Assembly (NCBI GenBank): GCA_002344125.1
Contig: DDTQ01000012.1
Span: 424,763 to 488,762, forward strand
Length of the DNA: 64,000 nucleotides
Direction of reading: 5' to 3'
From: Ignavibacteria bacterium UBA2360
GTDB taxonomy: Bacteria; Bacteroidota; Ignavibacteria; Tepidaquicellales; OLB5
Position numbers and translations under genes: made by a program
Shown: positions 27,968-36,054 of the stretch, piece by piece
Position numbering within the stretch: position 1 is the first letter of the stretch
How the letters are laid out: each line of letters begins with the position of its first letter
Notes under the pieces: model-generated
Told to the model about the DNA's origin: nothing
What the model saw: only the letters and a program-made list of their open reading frames with translations
Databases searched by the model: none

Positions 27968-28336
27968 ATGAATAGACTTTATCCAAAATATATTGCAAAT
28001 TTAGTAATAACAGCTATTTTGGGAGTTTTGTTAGTTTCATGCGGAAGTGAGCCCAAATTGCAGGGTAAATGGTCGTCATCGGGTAATACAGCTGACTCCA
28101 TCGATATGCATTCCTGGTTCCTGGAATATGAATTCAGTGGAAGTAACTATACAATGAAGGGTTATCCTCCCATTTCTGAACAGGGTACTTATGAAGTGGT
28201 GCAGGAAAGGGGAGATAGTCTTGAGATTTACTTTAATGTACTCAATTCCAGCCCCGAAACTAAAAGCCACAAAGATTGGATAGTAGTTACAGATAGTATA
28301 TTAATTTCAGGACAATTGAGCTTACGAAAGAAATAA
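27968..28336 (+). CDS. Hypothetical lipoprotein
   Basis: Lipobox LLVSCGS; 122 aa. Confidence 0.45.
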   Translation: MNRLYPKYIANLVITAILGVLLVSCGSEPKLQGKWSSSGNTADSIDMHSWFLEYEFSGSNYTMKGYPPISEQGTYEVVQERGDSLEIYFNVLNSSPETKSHKDWIVVTDSILISGQLSLRKK

Positions 28337-28378
28337 CATTTTTAGATCATTCAATGTAAATATGCAGTTTAACGTAAT

Positions 28379-28400
28379 CGAGCCCTTTTAGGGCTCGTTT
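28379..28400 (+). terminator. Hairpin terminator candidate CGAGCCC-TTTTA-GGGCTCG-TTT
   Basis: Read directly from the sequence; the T-tract is short. Confidence 0.45.
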
Positions 28401-28442
28401 ACAATTGCTCAAATTTATTTTTCTTAGTGACTCTGAATATAC

Positions 28443-29123
28443 TTAATCCTTTTTACCCAAAACTTTATACACAACACCTGCAAGAATCGCTCCAACAATC
28501 GGCGCCGCTATGAACATCCACAGCTGCTCAATTGCCCAGCCGCCAACAAACAATGCCTGGCTTATGCTGCGGGCGGGATTCACAGATGTATTTGTAACCG
28601 GAATACTTATTAAATGCACCAGTGTTAATCCTAACCCTATTGCAATACCCGCAAATCCTTTCGGAGCGCGTTCATCTGTTGCGCCAAGTATAATTATCAA
28701 GAACATAAATGTCATAACCACTTCACATACCAGCGCGCTTATCATATTATACTTGCCCGGTGAATGCTCTCCATATCCGTTCGCGGCAAAATTACCTATT
28801 GCGCTGCCGTTACCGGTTGCTATTACATACAACACACCGGCAGCTGCAATTGCTCCAAGTATCTGTACCAATATATACGGCATAAGTTCTTTTGCGCTGA
28901 ACCTTCCGCCCACCCATAAACCGATCGATACAGCCGGATTCAAGTGCGCGCCTGAAATATGACCCAGTGAATACACTATTGTTAAAACTGTCAAACCGAA
29001 AGCAAGCGATACGCCAACAAGCCCTATGCCTACCTCAGGAAATGCCGCTGCCAATACTGCGCTTCCGCATCCGCCGAGTACAAGCCAAAATGTGCCTAGA
29101 AATTCTGCCAGTAATTTTTTCAT
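28443..29123 (-). CDS. aqpZ: Aquaporin Z
   Basis: Two NPA boxes (HLNPAVS, VNPARS). I prefer the start [12 protein letters not shown] at 29123. Confidence 0.9.
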   Translation of the reverse strand: MKKLLAEFLGTFWLVLGGCGSAVLAAAFPEVGIGLVGVSLAFGLTVLTIVYSLGHISGAHLNPAVSIGLWVGGRFSAKELMPYILVQILGAIAAAGVLYVIATGNGSAIGNFAANGYGEHSPGKYNMISALVCEVVMTFMFLIIILGATDERAPKGFAGIAIGLGLTLVHLISIPVTNTSVNPARSISQALFVGGWAIEQLWMFIAAPIVGAILAGVVYKVLGKKD

Positions 29124-29210
29124 AATCTGTATTAATTTAAATTCAAGCAAATTTATGATTATTTATTACTTTATGCAATTTATTAAATCCTCTTCTTAAC
29201 TTAACAAAAG

Positions 29211-29302
29211 ATATGTCGCTTAAAGCACTTTCTGATTGTATCGCACTGAGCGCCACATTGCGCAGCACTTTATATGTCGCACTGAGCGGAGTCGAAGTGC
29301 GG
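29211..29302 (+). repeat. Three adjacent copies (two degenerate) of the ATGTCGCACTGAGCGGAGTCGAAGTGC hairpin family
   Basis: Other members lie at 15043..15069 and 30683..30739. Confidence 0.6.
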
Positions 29303-29340
29303 AACAAAAATCACAATCACCACACATTGACGAAGTTCAT

Positions 29341-29400
29341 CTGCCCTCCTTTCCCTCGACTGCCACTGCAGTTTTCGAGAGGGGTTGGGAGAGAGGTCAT
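29341..29400 (+). repeat. C-arm/G-arm hairpin element with the mini-palindrome GACTGCCACTGCAGT (29358..29372) in its loop
   Basis: CCCTCGA[CTGCCACTGCAG]TTTTCGAGAGGGG TTGGGAGAGAGGTC. Confidence 0.6.
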
Positions 29401-29411
29401 TCTTAACTCAG

Positions 29412-29456
29412 CCACTCACCACTCAACCACTCACCACTCAACCACTTACTACTCAA
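29412..29456 (+). repeat. Tandem 15-nt repeat CCACTCACCACTCAA, about 3 units
   Basis: Read directly from the sequence. Confidence 0.7.
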
Positions 29457-29580
29457 CAATCCTCACCATTTCGCTTTTCCTTTGAAACTCCCTCAAATTA
29501 TGGGTATATTTGCAGATTATAATAAAAATAGCAGCGCTTATCTACCGGATTGGCGCATTTTAATACTGGAAAGGCATATA

Positions 29581-30603
29581 ATGCGTAAATATTTTTTCTT
29601 GAACTTCATACTGGCTGCTCTATTCATATATGTTTACGGCTGCGGTGATAAAAAAGACGATAAAAAAACTGATGGCAATAATAATACTACTCAATTCGTA
29701 AAAAAGGATAGCATTACAGGCAAAGATGTAGTTACATTGAAATATGTGGTTAATAAGGGCGATAAGTTCTATTATAAAATGGTCGCAAAGACATCCAACA
29801 TGGAAAAATCACCCGCAACCGAAAACAAGGAAGTTAAACAGGATAATGAGATCAATTACTACTATTCCAAAGAAGCTGATAACGTGGAGTCTTCCGGAAT
29901 TGTAAGCTATAAAATTACCTTCGATTCAATTAATATTTCCTCTTCAATGGGTGAACAGAGTATTAAGTATAATTCAAATGTGAACGATAGTGTAAAATTG
30001 AATCCTGCGTTCATTCAGTACAACGCTGTAATTGCCAATCCTTTCTACATCAGGGTGAGCCCTGCCGGCGAAATTACCGATGTTTACGGCATGGAAAAGA
30101 TATACGAAGTACTCTTCAAAGCGCTTGGTGATACATTAAAGGAAAAAGATAAACAGGAGATCAAGCAATCATTCGGCGAGGAATCTATCAAAGAGATCCT
30201 TCAGCAGGAATACCAGGTCTGCCCCACAACACCTGTGGTTATGGATTCCAACTGGACCAAAGCATTTAATACCTCAGTCTTATTCTTCGAAGTGGTAAAT
30301 AACGCGAAGTACACCATGAAGTCAGTGGAAACAAAAGACGGCAAGCAGATTGCCAACATCGAAGCCGCGCTTGTTGTGGAATTCAAGAACAAAGAAGTTA
30401 AAGAGCAGGGTATGACAGTTAAAGTTGAAAACGCTGAAACTTCCGGAAGCGGTAAGATCGCGCTGAATCTCTCACGCGGCTGTATTCAGAATAAAGAAAC
30501 TATGACCAATCTAAAACTCGATCTGAAACTTTCCGCCCAGGGACAATCAGCCAACTCAACACAGGCTGTTACAACAAATTTAACTGTAACATTGCTGAAT
30601 TAA
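29581..30603 (+). CDS. Hypothetical lipoprotein
   Basis: Start MRKYFFLNFILAALFIYVYGCG (lipobox) preferred over the track start at 29482. Confidence 0.5.
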   Translation: MRKYFFLNFILAALFIYVYGCGDKKDDKKTDGNNNTTQFVKKDSITGKDVVTLKYVVNKGDKFYYKMVAKTSNMEKSPATENKEVKQDNEINYYYSKEADNVESSGIVSYKITFDSINISSSMGEQSIKYNSNVNDSVKLNPAFIQYNAVIANPFYIRVSPAGEITDVYGMEKIYEVLFKALGDTLKEKDKQEIKQSFGEESIKEILQQEYQVCPTTPVVMDSNWTKAFNTSVLFFEVVNNAKYTMKSVETKDGKQIANIEAALVVEFKNKEVKEQGMTVKVENAETSGSGKIALNLSRGCIQNKETMTNLKLDLKLSAQGQSANSTQAVTTNLTVTLLN

Positions 30604-30682
30604 CTAGAGTCTATTTAAACATTCTAAGCTTGCTGAATAAAATAATGTTTCTTGCTCAGTTGCTGAATGAATCGGAAAAATT

Positions 30683-30739
30683 ATGCCGCACTGAGCGCCT
30701 GACTGCCGAAGCCCTGGCGTAGGCAATGAGTCGAAATGC
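30683..30739 (+). repeat. ATGCCGCACTGAGCG…GAGTCGAAATGC family member with a 30-nt insertion in its loop
   Basis: The insertion begins CCTGACTGCC, the same motif seen in the tRNA-like units. Confidence 0.5.
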
Positions 30740-30769
30740 TCATTCTGAAGGCTAACCACGAAATTAATT

Positions 30770-31408
30770 ATGGCTTATAAAAATCTGATCGAACTTTCTC
30801 ACCCGCTGGTAAAAAGCTACATAACCAAAATAAGAGATAAAAATACCTCGTATTTTGAGTTCAGGCAGTATGTTGATAAACTCTCCGTACTGCTTGCCTA
30901 CGAAGCAGGCAAGGAGCTTGGATTAAAAGCGCGCAAGATCAAAACACCGCTTGCTCCGTATAACGGCTCTGTGATAAAAGATGAAATAGTGTTAATGCCA
31001 ATACTCAGGGCGGGACTCGGTCTAATGAACGGCTTCTCATCCATCTTCCCCGAAGCCAGAATAAGCCACCTCGGCGTATTCCGTAACGAAGTTACGCTGC
31101 AGCCTATCAGGTACTATTTCAAATTTCCCAGGCTTAGAGATAAAAAAAATACCATAATATATATTTTAGACCCCATGCTCGCAACTGGCGGCAGCATGTG
31201 CAGCGCCATTGATGAAGCCAAAAAAACGGGAGCCGGAAAAATTGTCGCAGCATGCCTCGTAGCCGCACCCGAAGGCATAAAAGAAGTGCATAAGTATCAC
31301 AAAGAAATTAAAATTTTCACCTGCGCAATTGATAAGAAGCTGAACAATAAAGGCTACATTGTACCCGGCCTGGGAGACGCGGGCGATAGATTATTCGGAA
31401 CACTATGA
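30770..31408 (+). CDS. upp: Uracil phosphoribosyltransferase
   Basis: 212 aa; PRPP-binding ILDPMLATGGS; C-terminal YIVPGLGDAGDRLFGT. Confidence 0.9.
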   Translation: MAYKNLIELSHPLVKSYITKIRDKNTSYFEFRQYVDKLSVLLAYEAGKELGLKARKIKTPLAPYNGSVIKDEIVLMPILRAGLGLMNGFSSIFPEARISHLGVFRNEVTLQPIRYYFKFPRLRDKKNTIIYILDPMLATGGSMCSAIDEAKKTGAGKIVAACLVAAPEGIKEVHKYHKEIKIFTCAIDKKLNNKGYIVPGLGDAGDRLFGTL

Positions 31409-31457
31409 CAATTACGAATTACTAATTACAAATTATGAGTTATGGATTGTGGGTCAT
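31409..31457 (+). repeat. 7-nt-period array, 7 units (CAATTAC GAATTAC TAATTAC AAATTAT GAGTTAT GGATTGT GGGTCAT)
   Basis: Starts on the base after the upp stop codon. Confidence 0.85.
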
Positions 31458-31560
31458 GACTCAAGAACTATTCTGCAGCAAGCAGCTTGACTAGTAAAAG
31501 TTACTGATTTTGACAATAGCCCACGACTTCAGTCGTGGGAACATAGAACGTGAACAACTG

Positions 31561-31582
31561 AAAACCGTTTCAACGGTTTTTT
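31561..31582 (+). terminator. Rho-independent terminator AAAACCGTT-TCA-ACGGTTTTTT
   Basis: Stem plus T6. Confidence 0.7.
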
Positions 31583-31808
31583 GATATTGGACTTAAAAGG
31601 AATTAAATTTCGGGATTCTTCGTTTATTTTATTAACTGGCTAAATACAAAATAGTAGGGCTATTGTCCCATTTCTTAGTTTTGAAAGATTCCCGATATTC
31701 TTCTTTTTGAGTTGCCACGACCTTTAGGTCGTGGATAAAATTGCCCCCAAAAAGGGGCTTTAGCCCCGGTTGATAATTCAAAAGAATTATAATTAACCCG
31801 TAATTGAT

Positions 31809-34034
31809 TTGTTAAGCACACTATATAAAAAGAAACTCGATGACCTGCTTTCACTTTGCAGGAAAAACCTGGGTGAATTTAACGAAAAGCTCATAACAGA
31901 TGCTTTCAAATTCAGCCTCAACGCGCATAAGCTAGATAAACGCGCCTCGGGTGAGCCATTTATAATACATCCCTACGAAGTTGCCTCAATTGTAGCCAAA
32001 GAAATTCCGCTCGATGATATCACAGTCGCCGCAGCCTTGCTGCATGATGTAGTTGAAGATACCAAGTTCACCTACGAGGATGTTAAAGCTGAGTTCGGCG
32101 AAACTATAGCCGATATTGTTGATGGCGCTACCAAAATTGAAGGCATGTTCGAAAACTACGAAGCCAAGCAGGTGGAAAATTACCGCAAAATGCTGCTTTC
32201 AATGTCTAACGATATCAGGGTAATTCTTGTAAAGTTCGCCGATAGGCTTCATAACCTGAAAACGCTGGAATACCTCAATCCCGAACGCCAGGTTAGAATG
32301 GCCCGCGAAACCATGGAAATATACGCGCCGCTGGCGCACAGGCTGGGACTCTCACAGGTAAAATCAGAATTTGAAGATATGGCCTTCAAATATCTTGACC
32401 GCCAGTTCTACAAGGATATTTCCAAGAAGGTAATAGCCAAAAAACGAGAACGCGAAAACTATGTTAACAAGTTCATTCAGCCTATCAAAGCGGAGCTTGA
32501 CAAAGAAGGCTTCAAGTACGAAGTCTCAGGGCGCGCGAAGCATCTGTATAGTATAGCCAAAAAAATGATCTCCCGCGGTAAATCTTTTGAAGAAATTTAT
32601 GATCTCTTTGCTGTAAGAATAATCCTTGATACCCAGGAAAGAAATGACTGCTTCACTGCCTATGGCATCGCAAGCGAAATTTATATTCCCGTGCCCGAAA
32701 GATTTAAGGATTATATCTCGCTGCCCAAACAGAACGGGTACCAGTCAATCCATACCACGCTTATCGGACCCGAAGGTAAAATGGTTGAAGTCCAGATACG
32801 TACCCGAGATATGCATGAAGTCGCCGAAAAAGGTGTCGCTGCCCACTGGAAGTATAAGGAGAACATCAGCACCAACGATAGGCAGATGGAAGACTGGATA
32901 ACATGGATAAGAGAGCTCTTTGATACCAGTTCAAAGGAATCAACACCAAAGCAGATAATGGAAGGGCTCAAGCTCAACCTGTACCAGGATGAAATTTACG
33001 TTTTCACGCCTAAAGGCGATCTGAAAATTTTGCCGGTCAATTCTACGCCGGTTGATTTTGCCTTCGATATACACAGCGAAGTTGGATACAAATGTATCGG
33101 CGCCAAAGTTAACGGCAAAATTGTGCCGCTTGATTCCAGGCTAAAAAGCGGCGACCAGGTTGAAGTCATCACCTCAAAAATTAAAAAGCCGCACCAGGAT
33201 TGGGAAAAATTTGTCGTTACCCATAAAGCCAAATCTGATATTCACAAATATTTTAATAATGAGCGCAGGCTGAAAATTGAAGAGGGCAGGGAACAGTGGC
33301 TGAAAAAGCTGAAAAAAATGAAGCTCTCGCTTTCCGAAGATGAAATGATAAAACTCCTGCAAAGGCTGAAGTTTGAAAGCCTGCAGCACATGTATTTAAG
33401 CCTCGCCGAAGGCAGGCTAACATCCGATGAACTGTATGAACTGGTTAAAGACCGCAATAAACTCATAAGCGGTGAGATAGTTTCTCCATGGGTTAAACCC
33501 GTGGAAAAATCGACTGCGCTTAAGACCAAAGAAAATGAGCAAACCCTGTTTGAAACATATATCAAAACGGCGCGCGGCGCCAAAAATAAGATCATTGCCG
33601 GCGGAGATGTTAAAGATCTTCTCTTCAGTTACGCAAACTGCTGCAACCCCATCCCCGGTGAAGATATTATCGGTTTTATATCAAAGACCGAAGGAATAAA
33701 AATTCACAAGAAGTCCTGTAAAAATCTTTCCAACCTGTTCCTTTCAGATCCCCAAAGGATAATTGATGTTCAATGGCCGGAAGAAGTTGAAGATGAATTT
33801 TTTGTCGGTATAAAGATCAGTGGTGAAGATAGACCCGGTATGCTGAACGAAATTACTAACGTAATTTCTGTTTATAGTAATACTAATATAAAAAGTGTAA
33901 GTATCGCTTCAAAAGGTTCCCTGTTTGATGGCACAGTTATCCTAATGGTTAAAAATATTACACACCTAAATGAGCTCATCGAAAAGATAAAAAATATTGA
34001 AGGCGTATTCGAAGTGAAACGCTTCGAAGAGTAA
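31809..34034 (+). CDS. relA: Bifunctional (p)ppGpp synthetase/hydrolase (RelA/SpoT homolog)
   Basis: 741 aa; HD motif LHDVVEDT, synthetase core, TGS and C-terminal ACT-like region; TTG start as given in the track. Confidence 0.9.
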   Translation: MLSTLYKKKLDDLLSLCRKNLGEFNEKLITDAFKFSLNAHKLDKRASGEPFIIHPYEVASIVAKEIPLDDITVAAALLHDVVEDTKFTYEDVKAEFGETIADIVDGATKIEGMFENYEAKQVENYRKMLLSMSNDIRVILVKFADRLHNLKTLEYLNPERQVRMARETMEIYAPLAHRLGLSQVKSEFEDMAFKYLDRQFYKDISKKVIAKKRERENYVNKFIQPIKAELDKEGFKYEVSGRAKHLYSIAKKMISRGKSFEEIYDLFAVRIILDTQERNDCFTAYGIASEIYIPVPERFKDYISLPKQNGYQSIHTTLIGPEGKMVEVQIRTRDMHEVAEKGVAAHWKYKENISTNDRQMEDWITWIRELFDTSSKESTPKQIMEGLKLNLYQDEIYVFTPKGDLKILPVNSTPVDFAFDIHSEVGYKCIGAKVNGKIVPLDSRLKSGDQVEVITSKIKKPHQDWEKFVVTHKAKSDIHKYFNNERRLKIEEGREQWLKKLKKMKLSLSEDEMIKLLQRLKFESLQHMYLSLAEGRLTSDELYELVKDRNKLISGEIVSPWVKPVEKSTALKTKENEQTLFETYIKTARGAKNKIIAGGDVKDLLFSYANCCNPIPGEDIIGFISKTEGIKIHKKSCKNLSNLFLSDPQRIIDVQWPEEVEDEFFVGIKISGEDRPGMLNEITNVISVYSNTNIKSVSIASKGSLFDGTVILMVKNITHLNELIEKIKNIEGVFEVKRFEE

Positions 34035-34047
34035 AAAATTTGCATAT

Positions 34048-34072
34048 ATATAAGACTGTTATAGTCTTATAT
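34048..34072 (+). terminator. AT-rich hairpin, possible terminator of relA
   Basis: ATATAAGACT-GTTAT-AGTCTTATAT; weak T-tract. Confidence 0.35.
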
Positions 34073-34154
34073 TCGCAAAATGAAATATTTGAGGTTAAAT
34101 CGATTATGACTTTTGTCATAAAAGGTCATAACTATTATTAATATATTTGAAATT

Positions 34155-35237
34155 ATGAAAACAAAAATCACTGCATTATTTATTTTGTGTTTACTCACAT
34201 CAGCGTTTTTATGGAATTTTAACGATTTATCTGCCCTCAAGGGTGAAATGCATTCGGCAGATACTCTCATCTACCCGCAGGAAAAACACTTCAAGAATAT
34301 GCAGATGTTAACCAACGGCGGCGAAAATGCCGAAGCTTATTTTTCCTTTGATGGCTCAAAAATAATATTCCAGGCAACAGGTGAATATGAATGCGATCAG
34401 ATATTTATCATGAATCCCGATGGTTCCGGAAAGCATCTTGTAAGCACAGGTAAGGGCAGAACAACCTGTTCATACTTTTACCCCGATGGCAAGAGCATAC
34501 TGTACGCTTCAACGCATTTAGGCGGCGATATGTGTCCCCAGAAGCCTGATCACTCCAAAGGTTATGTGTGGGCTTTGTATTCTGATTACGATATTTTTAA
34601 AGCTGATCTTGATGGCTCTAACCCGGTTAAACTAACCGACGTTAAAGGTTACGACGCCGAAGCTACCGTTTCACCAAAAGGCGATAAAATTATCTTCACT
34701 TCAACCCGTAACGGAGATATTGATCTTTATTCAATGAATCTCGACGGCTCTGATGTTAAGCAGCTTACAAATATTCCCGGTTACGATGGCGGCGCGTATT
34801 ATTCCTATGACGGGACAATGATAGTTTTTCGCGCATCAAGATTTGATGACCCCGCTAAGCTGAAGGAATACCAGGATCTCCTTGCCGAAGGGCTTATCAG
34901 GCCCGGGCAGCTTGAAATCTACGTTATGAATGCAGACGGTTCAAACATCCGGCAGGTAACAAATAACGGTGCCGCAAACTTCGGGCCGTACTTCTTCCCC
35001 GATGGAAAAAGGATAATCTACTGCTCAAACCAGGATGACCCCAAAGGCAGAAATTTTGATCTGTATATGATAAACGTTGATGGTACAGGCAATGAAAGAA
35101 TAACTTATAACGATACTTTTGACGGTTTCCCAATGTTCTCACTTCACGATGGCGGCAAAAAATTCGTGTTCTGCTCAAACCGCTTCAACGCTAAACAGGG
35201 CGAAACCAACGTTTTCATCTGCGATTGGGTAGAATAG
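34155..35237 (+). CDS. TolB-like PD40 beta-propeller protein (secreted)
   Basis: Repeated …PDG..I.F.S.R.G..D.Y.MN.DGS… blades; signal peptide. Confidence 0.75.
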   Translation: MKTKITALFILCLLTSAFLWNFNDLSALKGEMHSADTLIYPQEKHFKNMQMLTNGGENAEAYFSFDGSKIIFQATGEYECDQIFIMNPDGSGKHLVSTGKGRTTCSYFYPDGKSILYASTHLGGDMCPQKPDHSKGYVWALYSDYDIFKADLDGSNPVKLTDVKGYDAEATVSPKGDKIIFTSTRNGDIDLYSMNLDGSDVKQLTNIPGYDGGAYYSYDGTMIVFRASRFDDPAKLKEYQDLLAEGLIRPGQLEIYVMNADGSNIRQVTNNGAANFGPYFFPDGKRIIYCSNQDDPKGRNFDLYMINVDGTGNERITYNDTFDGFPMFSLHDGGKKFVFCSNRFNAKQGETNVFICDWVE

Positions 35238-35243
35238 GCATAA

Positions 35244-35285
35244 TGTCAAATGTCAAAGGTCAAAGGTCAAATGTCAAATGTAAAA
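35244..35285 (+). repeat. 7-nt-period array, 6 units (TGTCAAA TGTCAAA GGTCAAA GGTCAAA TGTCAAA TGTAAAA)
   Basis: Begins 7 nt after the stop at 35235..35237. Confidence 0.9.
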
Positions 35286-35362
35286 CGTGATGCTACTAAG
35301 CAAATGTGCTGAACTGCAAAATGCGCAGAATGCCAAAATTCAAAATGAATACTTTTGAACAA

Positions 35363-35413
35363 ATTCCCCTCTCGAGAGGGGTGGCTGGCTTTAGCCAGTC
35401 GGGGTGTGTAAAA
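35363..35413 (+). repeat. ATTCCCCTC…GAGGGGTG[inner hairpin]CGGGGTGTGTAAA element, copy 1
   Basis: Second copy at 40469..40520 has a different inner hairpin (GCTGGCTTTAGCCAGT versus TTCCGATTTATCGGAA). Confidence 0.6.
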
Positions 35414-35448
35414 ACTAAATATTGATTTCCCGCGCAGTCTTTTTTGTC

Positions 35449-35582
35449 CCCGCAGAGTCTCTTCAAACAAGGACTCTGCGATAGCTCAATCACTGTGAAA
35501 ATATAATGCTTTTCGTTGGAGTGCATTGACTAAGTCAATGCTTCGTCCGGAATCCGTAGGAGTTACAAATATATAGATTTTT
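35449..35582 (+). repeat. About 130-nt direct repeat, unit 1
   Basis: Core ATCACTGTGAAAATATAATGCTTTTCGTTGGAGTGCATTGAC is identical in both units. Confidence 0.8.
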
Positions 35583-36054
35583 TCACAGCGGAGTCTCTTC
35601 AAAGAAGGACTATGCGATTGCTCCATCACTGTGAAAATATAATGCTTTTCGTTGGAGTGCATTGACTGTGCTTGCCCGCCTCGGGCGTGGTCAATGCTCC
35701 ATCCAGACTCCGCAGGAGTCAAAGATTCATAGATCTTCACAAGAATAATATTATATGACTCCGTAGGAGTCACATATTTATAGAATAGCAAACAAATGTG
35801 TATACGACTCCATCGGAGTCGCACATAAACTGCAGTAAATTGTTCATTATGTCAACATAGCTCCCCTGTTTTCTAAGTAAATCTGTAAATAGCCCCGTAG
35901 GGGTGGTATGTTTGTAGCACGCAGTAATAAAGTTTTTCAGAGCTCCGTAGGAGCGGCATAAAAATTCAAATGTTTCCAAATCCCGAAGGGATGACATTAT
36001 TGTAACAAACCCGCAAAAAAAAATCAAAAAAAACCCGAAGGGTGATATAATAAT
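35551..36054 (+). repeat. Array of 8 hairpin-plus-tail elements (stem 4-6 bp, loop 3 nt, then ACATATTTATAGAA-like tail)
   Basis: Copies start at 35551, 35706, 35757, 35806, 35893, 35942, 35981 and 36033, all on the + strand. The last ends at the ATG of the M28 peptidase gene. Confidence 0.7.
35584..35740 (+). repeat. About 130-nt direct repeat, unit 2, with an extra hairpin inserted in the GCATTGAC/GTCAATGC loop
   Basis: TAA loop of unit 1 is replaced by TGTGCTTGCCCGCCTCGGGCGTG. Confidence 0.8.

Noticed and set aside
29213-29580. ORF 29213..29485 and the long N-terminal extension of 29482..30603
   Set aside because: Both are read through the repeat families (GCACTGAGCG hairpins, CCACTCA tandem repeat). 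The lipoprotein signal MRKYFFLNF…YGCG begins at 29581.
35551-36054. Possible CRISPR array (repeat-spacer-like periodicity of hairpin elements)
   Set aside because: The repeats are degenerate (stems differ in sequence and length), the spacing is irregular (39-157 nt), there are no cas genes in the window, and copies are scattered at other loci.
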